From positions 69,874,001-69,938,000 of the forward strand of contig OZ287753.1 in the NCBI GenBank assembly GCA_965649765.1: a DNA stretch of 64,000 bases, written 5' to 3'. Origin of the DNA: Bispira polyomma. Its lineage: Eukaryota. Position 1 is the first letter of the stretch, and each line of letters starts with the position of its first letter. Position numbers and translations under genes: made by a program. This document shows, piece after piece, positions 11,763-23,386 of this stretch. The notes below the pieces were generated by a model. It had not been told where the DNA came from, searched no databases, and saw only the letters and a program-made list of their open reading frames with translations.

Positions 11763-13814
11763 AATTAAGCGTCCCTTGAAAAGGACGCTTATTTGGTTTC
11801 ACCCCTGGTTTCCTCGCCGCCGCCGCATGGTCTTCCTTGAATATCTCCTTCAATATTATCTGCATCAAAATTATTTTTGGCAGTTCTCTTAACCAGGAGT
11901 GGGAAATTTTTTTCATATTCTTGGCTTTGAACTTTGGCCTACTTAAATGTCAGGTGACCCTGGGGGTGTAAAAGTGCTTGTCACTAGGTTTTCTCAAAAA
12001 GTATTCATCATAGCTTAATGAAATTTGGTATGTACCTTGGTAAGGCAATTTTCAGGACGGGAGATGCTGATGAGATTAATCGGATGATAATTGACCGATT
12101 GCCAACCGATTGATTTTTATTGAAATGCGAAAAATCGGTACTTTTTTGCTATCTCGGAAACTATTGGGATTTCGGCTTTTTCTTGGTATAAGTTATTCAT
12201 CTACTTTTTGATTTTATGTATGATGTAAAAATGTCACAGTTCTAAGTCCAGTACTCAATGAGCACTGAGTACTTCAAATGAGTATTTTGCTCTATCTTGC
12301 ACTTTTATCAACTTTTCTTTTGAAGTACTTGTCATAGGTCAATGAAATTTCACATGCACATTGCAAATACCAAAGCATAGATGCCCATAAAATTTTAGAT
12401 CAATCTGGTGATAATTGAGTGATTGACAGGGTCGATCAATCACATAAAATGGGGAAAAAAATGTGTTGATGGGTGCATTTTTGAGCGTGTGAGGATTTTT
12501 TTTATTTTTAATTTTAGACCAGTACATGCAGCGCGTAACTTTTAAAGAATAGCCTGAATTTTTATTTATTTTTTACCCCATCCAAAAATATGCGATCGTT
12601 ACTGATATAAAACGATTTTAATTTCAAAAATTTTAAAAATTAATGTTTTTTTTTAAATGTCTATTATCTCTGAAACGGTGCTAGATAGAGCGATTTCGAG
12701 CTCATTTTCGACCCACATGGTTACAATTTTAAGATTCATATCAATATATGTAAACTTTTAAAAAATTTCAATTTTGGCGGCCATCTTGAATTTCTGGGAC
12801 TTTTTCGAAAACGTCCACTATCTCGGAAACGGTGCTAGATAGAGCGATTTCGAGCTCATTTTCGATCCACAGGGTTGATTTTACTTGTATATAAACTTTC
12901 AAAAAATTTTCAATTTTGGCGGCCATCTTGAATTTCTGGGACTTTTTCGAAAATGTCATTTATCTCAGAAACGGTGCTAGATAGACCGATTTCGAGCTCA
13001 TTTTCAATCCACAGGGTTGATTTTGCTTATATTTAAACTTTTAAAAAATTTTAAATTTTGGCGGCCATCTTGAATTTCTGCGTCTTTTTCGAAAATGTCA
13101 GTTATCTCGGAAACGGTGCTAGATAGACCCATTTCGAGCTCATTTTCGACCCACAGGGTTGATTTTGCTTATATGTAAACTTTTAAAAAAATTTCAATTT
13201 TGGCGGCCATCTTGAATTTCTGCGTCTTTTTCGAAAATGTCCATTATCTCGGAAACGGTGCTAGATAGAGCGATTTCGAGCTCATTTTCGATCCACAGGG
13301 TTGATTTTACTTATATGTAAACTTTTTTAAAACTTTTAATTTTGTCGGCCATCTTGAATTTCTGCGTCTTTTTTGAAAATGTCATTTATCTTGGAAACGG
13401 TGCTAGATAGACCGATTTCGAGCTCATTTTCAATCCACAGGGTTGATTTTGCTTATGTTTAAACTTTTAAAAAAATGTTACATCTGCGTCCTTTTCGAAA
13501 ATGTCCTTTATCTCAGAAACGGTGCCAGATAGAGCGATTTCAAGCTCCTTTTCGACTCATAGGGCTGATTTTTCTTTTATGTAAATTTTTATAGTAATTT
13601 TTGATTTGGGCAACCATCTTCAATTTCTGCGTCTTTTTAGAAAACGTCTGTTATCTCGGAAATGGTGATCCTTTTCGAGCTTACATTGACCAAAAGTGCT
13701 GATTCTGCTTATATGTCAACTTTTAAACAATATCAAACCTTGTACACTAAACAATTTCATTTTTATTTCAACTTTAGGGACGCTTCGTTTTTGTTATCAA
13801 AAACCGTTTTCTAG
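11763..13814 (+). mobile_element. Non-autonomous Helentron-like element (HINE/DINE-1 architecture) with a central 142-bp tandem array
   Basis: 5' subTIR with inner inverted repeat aagcgtccctt-gaaaa-ggacgctt, (gcc)n microsatellite, 3' subTIR agggacgctt, hairpin gtttttgttatcaaaaac, CTAG end then TT. Confidence 0.85.
12665..13735 (+). repeat. 142-bp tandem repeat, about 7.5 units, inside the HINE
   Basis: tatctc..aaacggtgctagataga recurs at 12665, 12819, 12961, 13103, 13245, 13387, 13509 and 13652. Confidence 0.95.
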
Positions 13815-15430
13815 TTTATTCTTAAGACGCATAATTGACCCATAAAGTCAAAGCAGCAATTTTATAGCAAAGACAGATCTCGTATTTCTATTGCCGAAAA
13901 TTTAAAAGTTACCAGTAAAAGCTACAATTTTAAGATTCATATCAAATTTATAAGATTTATTTATACACTTTCTGAAACGCTGTTTACAAAATTAAATTCT
14001 GTCCTGTACAAGCTGAAATGTACATGTTGTAAAATATCATTGTTGTGTCTGGACTTGGGCCTATTTTCATTCAACCCCAACTAGTGATGGTCATAAGAGT
14101 AGACATGTACACTTGGCTGTGTTCACAGGCCCAAAACTGACGTCGTACTTTAAATAAATTAGTGTTATGAAAATATCCTGGTATATGGTGGTAGTTTTCC
14201 TAATTTGTACTGCATTGAATGGCTTTGTTTTTATCAATATTTAACCTAAAATTTTCGTTTTTGTATCACCAGAAAGCTATCAATCTATGCTATTCGACAG
14301 TTTCAACTCTTTTCAACCCTAATGAATATTCTCTGAGATAATTGCATAAAGCGTTATAAAAATCTTGAAGTTTGGAGATAAATAGGCATTAATCAAATAT
14401 GATTTGTCTCTAATTACTTGGGCTAAAATTTATATGTCATGGAATATCAATTAATACACTTTCTGACTTTTTTACAGAATAAAGTTTCATTCAATATTGA
14501 CTGAGACAGTAGTCTTTATATTATACATACATCCTTTACTGTGAATTCTATCTGGCAGTCATTAGTATTTTTATGTTCACGAGAAATCTGCTTTCCGAAC
14601 GATCCTTTATCTTTACAGTAGTAGTAAGTTCATGTAAATGAGCCGACATCTGTTAGAAATTGTGATTAAACTTCAAAATATATAAAAATTAAAACGGAAA
14701 AATGACAGTTTATTACTTCGAAATAAAGTCTGCGTCATAATGGATGGATTATAGGTTTTAATTTGCATCTGGGAACGAAAATCCCATAAGAACGACTCGA
14801 CTGGAAAAAATGGACTTCAAACAATTGCTTAAATCTATGAAGTTAAATATTATGCAGTAAAATATGTGACAACACTTCACAACTCTGTTATAAAATGACA
14901 AGGCGAAACCCCCAAATAGAATCAAGTACCCTTTATTTGTTTGAAAATTATAAAAAACGAGAGCCATGAGCGATAATAGAATGTATTGTAGAATCTATAT
15001 CACCACTAACTAGTGACTGGTTCATTATTTTCAGACTCGTCAGTTACTTACTTTGTAGTGGCATTATGATATGGCCACTAGGCCATTTTCTTCTTGTTTT
15101 TTTTTTCTAATTCTGTTTAATGCTGTTGTTTGGTGAGGAGTCCTATTAAAAACAAAAAAAACCCACTGCCACTTAAATAAGAGTAACACCTGCAAGTTTT
15201 CTGTTTTGATGTGAAAAATATAAACCATTTTAAAAGGACATTATTGAAAACATGTGAAATAAAAGACTTTGTCAATACTATTTACTCAATAGTTACAAAA
15301 ATATTTGCTTTAAGATTGAGTAAAAATAATGTATGCTTCATGTTGACTTTTATGTTTTAACGGGGAAAAGTTATGTTATGCTAAAAGCTCTGGCGTTTGA
15401 AGTACATATTTGTATGTGTACGTGTTTCAG

Positions 15431-15756
15431 ATAAAGCTATGTCTAATTCTCTGGACCACTCCGGGGCGAGTACCAACAACAGCTCTGTGAGCAGCTCCAC
15501 CACCCCAGTCTCCGCCACACCTGCCCCGTCATCTACCCCGCCGGTTCTTGGCAACAATAGCAACAACCCCTCAAATGTGATACTTAACAATAATAATAGC
15601 GCCGCCACCACATCTACCACTCCCCAAGTACCGCCCCCTCCTCCTCCTCCACACCCGGCGCCACCCACTCAACAACAAATGGCACAACTACTCACGCAGT
15701 CCTCAAAAGTCATGATGAACGGGCCCTCAACACCCGGTCAGACGCATGTGATAAAG
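15431..15756 (+). CDS. CNOT3: CNOT3 linker exon (DKAMSNSLDH...PPPPPP...MMNGPSTPGQTHVIK)
   Basis: tttcag / gtatgt boundaries, phase 1-0, low-complexity S/T/N/P. Confidence 0.9.
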
Positions 15757-15764
15757 GTATGTGT

Positions 15765-16185
15765 TTTTAAAGCTTTCTATTTAAGCTGCAGTTGAAGCCC
15801 TTTCAGTACACCCACTCAAGGGACCTGATTCAGACCAGAAGATAAATCTCGACAAAAGCTTGGTTATCTTTAAAGCTTTCATGTGTTTTAAGTTGAGTTA
15901 AACCACTCAATGGACCACAAGGTATATCTTTACTTAAGCTTGGTTGTCTGTATAGCTTCCATATGTAGAAGTTGACTCCTTTAAGTTAAACCTTTAGGGA
16001 CCACAAGGTATATCTTTACTTAAGCTTGGTTGTCTTTAAAACTTCTGTGTGTAACAGGTGAATTCCTTTAACTTCATGTCGACCCCATCAATGGACCGCA
16101 AGATATATCACTACTTGGGCCTGGTTGTCTTTAAAGCTTCCGTGTTGACGTGTTTAAGTTGAACTCAGTGGACTAGAAGATATAA
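15765..16185 (+). repeat. Degenerate 80-90-bp tandem repeat, about 5 units, probably MITE-derived
   Basis: ggacc.caag.tatatc...cttggttgtcttta..gctt recurs. Confidence 0.7.
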
Positions 16186-16741
16186 TATGGTTTTTACGAA
16201 TTATAGCCAGATTACTGTACACAGTAGTGCATTTTGAAACTATTGTGTGTAGAAATGACGCTTATTGCGGCCGTTTCTGTGGTTTACTGCAAAAACTGTT
16301 CCCTCGGTCATGTAAGTGTTAATTAGGATTTTCACTGGACAGGGTAGACTTGCCAGTCAAAGTGCTTTTGTTGGACTAGTGCTATTTCCCCACATCAAAG
16401 GAAAATTAACTCAGTAGAGTTTTAACTTTCAAAAGGGGTCTGACTAATTGAAAATTCAAAGAAACAGGTCAGACTGAATAAATTTTTAGTTTAAATATGA
16501 GGTTTTTCTTTTAGAGATTTGTCAATACAGTGAAATAGATATAGAAACTATAAGGGATTATAATTAACAGATGGTTTAAAAGAGAACACTTTTTATAAAG
16601 AGTTATTATATATTAAAGTTATCAACAAAGGAAGTGTTTCTAAAAAAATGAACTGTGTTAAAATAAAAAAAAGAAAAACTTGGACTATTTTTTGTATCCT
16701 AAACATACACAAGTGACATAAAGAATTTATTTCTATTTCAG

Positions 16742-16889
16742 GATGTGGGAGAAGAGGGTAATATGAGCTTGAAGTCCATGGCTCAGCAAGCAGCACAGAA
16801 TGCTGGGCTTGTGAATCATCAGCAGCAGCAGCAGCCCCAGCAGCAGCCCCAGCCTCCCTCACTGACCACTCACCAGTCACAGCCACAAT
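16742..16889 (+). CDS. CNOT3: CNOT3 exon (DVGEEGNMSLKSMAQQAAQNAGL...polyQ/P)
   Basis: tttcag / gtaagt boundaries, phase 0-1, SLKSMA motif recalled from vertebrate CNOT3. Confidence 0.92.
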
Positions 16890-17000
16890 GTAAGTGTACA
16901 TGGATGAGGAGATAGTGTGTGTGGGTTTGCCACAGCAGTGTCTCACTTGGGACTGCCTTTTAGGGCTTTGTCTCTCTCTGGCGGAAAAAATGTCATCCTG

Positions 17001-17126
17001 GGCTGGTATTCCCGAAGATTCTTGGTCATAAAAAAAAATTCTCAAATAATTTGATTGGCAGAAACTATATTTTTTTAAAGAATCTGATTGGCTAAGACTA
17101 AAGAAATTCTAAGAATATTTGTGAAT

Positions 17127-17161
<35 letters not shown>
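17001..17161. mobile_element. Short Harbinger-like MITE ending in a C31 run
   Basis: ggctggtattc...gaatactgcc TIRs; related copies near 6113 and 24857. Confidence 0.6.
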
Positions 17162-17988
17162 TGTGATGGTTAATAAAGCTGTTTTTGACATTGTCTGAAC
17201 AGTAGGTGAACATTGACCAATGATAATACATTTCTTACTGCAGAAACGTGTGCTCCTTTTGATTGGCTTGTGCCAAGTTTTCACAACAATTTCTAGCCGA
17301 TTTAATCATTATTTTATAAACTCAGTTTCACTGTACCAGATTAAAATTTCTGTTGTTTCTATACTGAAGTACTTTTTCTATTTTATGAACACTATTTTTT
17401 TTTGTGAAACGAATTCTAACTCTTTGAGGGTGTTCTTATCCTAGAGCTCCTACTGTATATGAGCAGGTGGGGTGAGAAGTTATGGGGTTTATGGAGAATC
17501 TTTTCAGTTTTAAGTCAAAGTAATGTAGCTGTTTTTGTTGAGTCAATGAATATTTTTGTTGTAACACAGGTGTTGTCAGAAACTCGTGTTTTTTTAGGAT
17601 TTTAAAAAAGATAACCGTGAACCTTTATAAAAAATGTCAGTATGCTAAGTAGTGCTGCGACAATCTTCACCAAAGATCAAATGTTTGCTCGATTAAATAT
17701 AAAAACAAGGTTCGGAGCCGATTCAGTCAAATTTGCATGTTCGGGAGTTCTGGAAATTTGTTAAAATATTATATTATCGCCCACCAAGTAAATCATTTTT
17801 ATGAGATTTTAAAGCAAAATTATGGGGGAAAAAGTTATTGAAAAAGTTTTTAGGGTAATTTGGTTGTCCATACAAAGTAAAACAATAGCTAACTATAATG
17901 TTAATGAAATTAGTCTGTGGTCGCCGATATGGGACAACTTCTTGATAAATAGACGAGTTAAAAATATCTGATGTTTTGCGCAGCGACT

Positions 17989-18115
17989 GCTTACTGTGGG
18001 CCGCTGGTTTTAGTGCAGCACCTTGATCAACTGTATGCAGTGTTTCCTTCAGCGTTTCCAACTACCCGTCCCAATATAACCTAAACAGGTACTAGAGTGA
18101 ACATTAATATCCTGA
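17989..18115 (+). mobile_element. 5'-truncated copy of the same SINE
   Basis: cttactgtgggccgctggttt...ggtactagagtg..attaatatcc matches the 3' half. Confidence 0.85.
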
Positions 18116-18351
18116 TTACTATAAAGCCAAAATAGAGGGGTTCTATAACATTTTGAGGATATTTTATTTCACCACAGACTTGACATAAATGTTCGATCAC
18201 AAACCGCACTTTGTTCGTTTGAAACAGACTGAACACCAAATAAGCTTTTTGCCCCGAACTCGCAGTACTAATGCCAAGATACCAGTCAACATTTGTAGAC
18301 TAGTGCTAAAGAAAACTAATCCAATTACACTGTGATGTGTATTCCTTTCAG

Positions 18352-18742
18352 TATTGTACAGTACTAGCACCAGTAGCGCGTCCCAACCTCAACAACTCCC
18401 TCAGCAGCCGCAGGCATCAACAGTTGCCCCTAGTAACACCTCCACCACCCCGGACCCCTCTCGGCCTCCCCAGGGCCCAACGCCCCCCTCCTCTGTCATC
18501 ACCACCCCAAGTACCACCACTACAGTCTCTCAGTCACAACAACAACTACTAACCCAGCAACAGCCGCCACAGCAGTCGCTGCCTCAGCAGCAACCGCAGA
18601 CCACGACAATACACCTGAACCCTCTGCTGGGAGTGGCCCCCCTCGGACCCCAGCCTCTCAGCAAGGAGCACTGCTATCAACTCTCAATGCTAGAAGCTGC
18701 ATATCACCACTTACCACACCCGTCAGACTCCGAACGATTAAG
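18352..18742 (+). CDS. CNOT3: CNOT3 exon (Q/P/T-rich, then LLGVAPLGP...YQLSMLEAAYHHLPHPSDSERLR; NOT1-anchor region)
   Basis: tttcag / gtgagc boundaries, conserved PHPSDSER motif. Confidence 0.96.
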
Positions 18743-18786
18743 GTGAGCAGATGGTTCTTCTCTGTATCTGAGGGGAGAGGATCAAA

Positions 18787-18966
18787 GTGGCCTGGCGGTT
18801 TGAAGGGTTTGGTTTTATAATCACTGGCCTCTTACCAAAGTGGGTTTGAATCCTAATTTGTTCCTTTGAGTACTTGCTATAGGCAGATGGTTTCCTCCAT
18901 CATTCAATCCGGCTGTCATAATATGACCCACACTGTTGAAAGCGACGTAAAACCCAAATCAATTCA
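18787..18966 (+). mobile_element. Degenerate tRNA-derived SINE
   Basis: gtggcctggcgg / gtttgaatcc boxes and gttgaaagcgacgtaaaacccaa tail. Confidence 0.7.
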
Positions 18967-20204
18967 GCTTCAACTTCTTTGTTGTATGAAAGTTCATGTG
19001 AATGGTTACGTCACTATAAACAGCTTAGGTTATATGTATGGTCTCTCGTAGACCAGTGGTTATAGGGAGTTGATCTGGTGATCAGAAGAGCCCTGGTAAA
19101 TCCGGTTATTGCAGGACAACATTCTTGGGCAAGGTGAGAACACTCCATTGCCTATTGAGGAGTCAATGCTATGTTGTAGGATTATCCTTTCTCATAGACC
19201 AAACACCACAGAGGATGAAGTATTAATTTGCCATTTCTGCGCCATAGAAAGTATTTAAACTAAGATAAATATTTTTATGTATTTATTGGAGGAGGTATAT
19301 GGGGCAAAGTAAAGTATCAAAGAGCTATGCGTGTAAACAATTTGTTACTATCTTGCTGTGGTATACATTTGAAAAGTTTGTATGCAGTGAATATGTCTGA
19401 GAGGTTCACATTATAATAATAACAACATTAAATATATAAGAATGAACGATGAAACCAGTCGAAAGAACTTTATACTAAGTTTGGAATATTTTAAAACTGA
19501 CTTGTGTTTGATATACAGAGACTGTTCTAAACGTTGATGTATATCTCACTTATTATTGGTCCCAGAGGTTTGGAGTGGCAATCATTACCAGGGAATCTTT
19601 TGACGTGTTCAGATTTGACCTTGGGCCCCTTGTTTAAGTTTTAGGTTCATCAAAACAAGGGTTAATAAAAGGGCACCTTTAATCTGGGTAGTGTGGCCTG
19701 TACCGACATGTAATTTAGGATTTGGATGTTGTGGATGCCACAGCTAACGGTTTACAATAATATCAAAGGAAAATTTCACAAAAAGTACCTTACTGTTAGT
19801 CTTTTTTTAAATTAAATAGTACTTCAAAATCAGTTTTTATTTTTCTCAATTTATAAAATATTTTTATTTTAAATTAAAAACAAATAAGAGTGTTTAATTT
19901 ATATACTATAATAGAGAAATTAATATTTTGACTACACTTTTGAAATTAGACAAAAATGTACACACAATCTGCATCATGTGATGTACGAAGTGTGCTTTAA
20001 TGTGACCCACATAAAGACAGACTCGTTGTAGAACACAAACCACTAAATAATACTACATGTACATCATATACATGAGAAATACAGAATCACCAAACATTGA
20101 TATTTTGAATCTGATTGAAACACTAAATAAAATTGAATAAAATTGTCACATTACACATGTTTACTAAAATGATCACCAGTAAACTTGTGAAATAATGAAG
20201 ACCA

Positions 20205-20335
20205 AATTTTAGTAAATACGCATATTTACTGAAATTTTAAGGGATTAAGCAAATTTACTGACCAAATCAATAAGTTCACATATTTAATGAAATTTTCAGT
20301 AAATACGCGTATTTACTGATTACACATATTTACTT
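20205..20335. repeat. Short palindromic repeats (gtaaatacgcatatttactga)
   Basis: atttactga / gtaaatacgc units directly upstream of a CNOT3 acceptor. Confidence 0.65.
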
Positions 20336-20360
20336 TAACATATATATTCTTGTGTTGTAG

Positions 20361-20493
20361 ACATTATTTACCGCGGAATCCATGTCCAACCCCGACCTAC
20401 TACCCACAGATTCCACCCCCTCACTCGGACACTGTGGAGTTTTTTCAGCGCTTGTCAACAGAAACTCTTTTCTTCATTTTCTATTATATGGAG
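20361..20493 (+). CDS. CNOT3: CNOT3 exon ([11 protein letters not shown]...[22 protein letters not shown])
   Basis: ttgtag / gtatgt boundaries, connector and NOT-box start. Confidence 0.98.
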
Positions 20494-20762
20494 GTATGTT
20501 GTATGTTCCCACAACACATGTAACATGTATTGAATTCTTAATTAATTAACAGGTATTTGTAATTGCACTCTGGGAAATACTTTACTATTGCAAGTATAAC
20601 AAGCACTTGCATTATCACAAATCCTTTTTGTTGGTAGAAAATTTTACTTGGAAAAAGTAATACATTTGCTAAAGTGTTTAAGTAACCTTTATCTCATAAG
20701 GTTTCTATGCTTAGTATATTATGTGGTGTCATTATTTATACATGGACCTGTGTTATTTTCAG

Positions 20763-20888
20763 GGTACAAAAGCTCAGTATTTAGCAGCCAAAGCTCTTAA
20801 AAAGCAGTCATGGAGATTCCATACCAAGTATATGATGTGGTTCCAGCGGCATGAAGAACCCAAAACAATCACTGAAGATTTTGAACAG
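20763..20888 (+). CDS. CNOT3: CNOT3 NOT-box exon ([42 protein letters not shown])
   Basis: tttcag / gtatta boundaries, NOT-box motif. Confidence 0.98.
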
Positions 20889-21244
20889 GTATTACAGAAA
20901 GTCTCTTATTTATTGACCTGTTGCCTATTTCTAGCCATTGCATATTTGATTGAAAAAAATCAATAAATAAGTAGAAGTTCTAGATAAAAATTTCTGACAA
21001 TTTTTAAGACCTGTATTTTAACTTATGTATCCACTTTTAAAATGTTTACACACCAAACGTTGTTTTCCTGTGTACTTGTCATTAGTTTGCTGTACAAATA
21101 GATACCAATATTTACAAATTTGGTGCAAGATAATGCAAGATGTTAAAAGTGAAAGATAAAATCTCGACTCAGAAATATGTAAAATATCTCTTTCATTGAC
21201 TTTTATCAAGCTTCTTGTTTATATAATTGTATATGCTACACCCT

Positions 21245-21466
21245 AGTTGTGACCTAGTTGTTAGAAGTGCTCTGCTTCACAATCACTGCTCTCTGACCAA
21301 TGTGGGTTTGAATCCTGTGCGTTCCTTCATGTGTTGAAGTTTGTCAGATACTTGCTATAGGTCGGGTGGTTTATAGTGGCGTCGGCACTGGTTTCTTCCC
21401 CTATTTAAATCTGGCCGTCATGATATGACCCAAGCTGTTGAAGGCAACGTAAAGCCCAACTAAATT
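21245..21466 (+). mobile_element. Degenerate tRNA-derived SINE
   Basis: gcttcacaatcactg, gtttgaatcc and a gttgaaggcaacgtaaagcccaa tail. Confidence 0.72.
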
Positions 21467-21811
21467 CTAATTTTTATTTATGCCATTTATGACCAATACA
21501 ATGCGTTGAAAACAATGTTAATCAAAAATCAAATCCGCCATTTAATCTGGCAAAGAGAACCCTGGAAAGTAGTCTTTATTGACAGGTTGTTTTCAATAGA
21601 GGTATAAATAAAGTAGTCTTGAGAAAAGGACATGATGGTCTTTTATACAGAGGTGGTCTATCAAGCGGGTTTCACTGTAAATTCAAATTCTACAGCTCAG
21701 GGTATTTTGGCGGGGTTTTTTTTTAACATTTTTTAATAGGAGTTCAATTGCAGTACAACAATGAATAAAGTAGCAAAAAATTACTGATCAGAAATCTGCA
21801 TACATAAGTAA

Positions 21812-22072
<261 letters not shown>

Positions 22073-23203
22073 GCCCGTCTCTCCCACCACATCTGTATTT
22101 TTACTATGTCCTTCATGAGTCCCTGTCTCCTGTGTGTGTGTATGGATCTTGGCGTGTCATGAGCGCGCGTGTGTGTATGTGTGCACACGCATACACGTGC
22201 CCGTAGTATCCATAGTGATCAGATGTCCGTCTCTACAGCGACCAACAGCCAGCTGCCCAATCAGGATAATAATACGTTAGCACTACCAGATATATTTACA
22301 GAAAAAGATCAAGAAAGGGAAAAAAAAACAACAAATTTACAGAATAAAAATATGATGGTGCAAATGGAAATTGGATTACAAGCAAAATGTGTGTGAATGA
22401 ATCTGTTTTTGTGCATGCTCTAAAATCTATCTTCATCAATAAAGTGTTCGCCTATCTGCTGATGGGAGTTTTATTCCGCAGCTGTGGTAATGTTGTTGAA
22501 TCAGGAATACAAATGCAATTGGTCTTCATGTGTAATGTGTCTTCTACTATTACTACGAGACGTTGCCTGTAGCATTAGATGTGGGATACTTTCTCTTCAC
22601 AGTGCAGGGAATTTGTGAACAGATCATGTGACCAGTGATTATGCCATTACCCTTTTCTCTTCCCCATGCTGAAATGGACCACAGTCAACAGTAGCACTGC
22701 CGCTAACACGGCCCCAGTTTTGTTTCCAAGTGATAACGCTCGATCACACGCAAGTGTCTTTGAAAACAAGCTGGCGAGTTTTTTTGGGTGCCACTTGTGG
22801 GGGAAAAAAGAGCGCAATCATTGTGTCTCTGGGATTGTGCCTTGCCTGTTTCACTCAGATATATAGCCACTCGCGTTACAGTGAGCGATCCAGTGGGACG
22901 TCCATGCATTCTATGTATCTATAGAACAGACAAAAAGTGGAAGCTCCCCAGGGCTGCTTGGGATGTAATGTTGTGAGTGGAGAGACTGCTACTGCTGCTA
23001 CCTCTGCTTACCCAGTCTGGTAACGCTCCACACCAGAGAGTAGCTGACCCCTGGCTACAGTGCTGACCATCCCATAAATGTAGTGGTATAGTTGATGTTA
23101 TCTTTAAACATTATAGGCCCCGTCCACAAGTAGAACCTCTCTCATCTGAACCTCTATATATATCTGAACAAAAGCTTCTATTTTTTAAACAACAGTTCCT
23201 ATT

Positions 23204-23386
23204 GATCACTACGTAAATGGTCACGCACCCGTCAATTTGATGTATTGTGGGTAATCTCTGGGGTAAACAAAGTTTAGAATTTTCCGTTATTCTTCGGAAA
23301 CATCCATTCAAAGCGTTTCATGTTTACCCCAAAGATTACCCACAATACATCAAATTGACGGGTGTGTGACCATCTACAAAGTGATC
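23204..23386. repeat. Inverted repeat, 66-bp arms with a 51-bp loop
   Basis: 23204-23269 is the near-perfect reverse complement of 23321-23386. Confidence 0.92.

Noticed and set aside
12339-12959. ORFs at 12339 and 12768 and their twin at 52721 as a duplicated gene
   Set aside because: They lie within the two HINE copies and have no recognisable domain.
12665-13735. CRISPR-like array
   Set aside because: Units are contiguous 142-bp repeats without unique spacers, there are no cas genes, and the array lies inside a HINE in an animal intron.
15381-17045. - strand ORFs 15381-15668 and 16593-17045
   Set aside because: They are antisense shadows of low-complexity CNOT3 exons.
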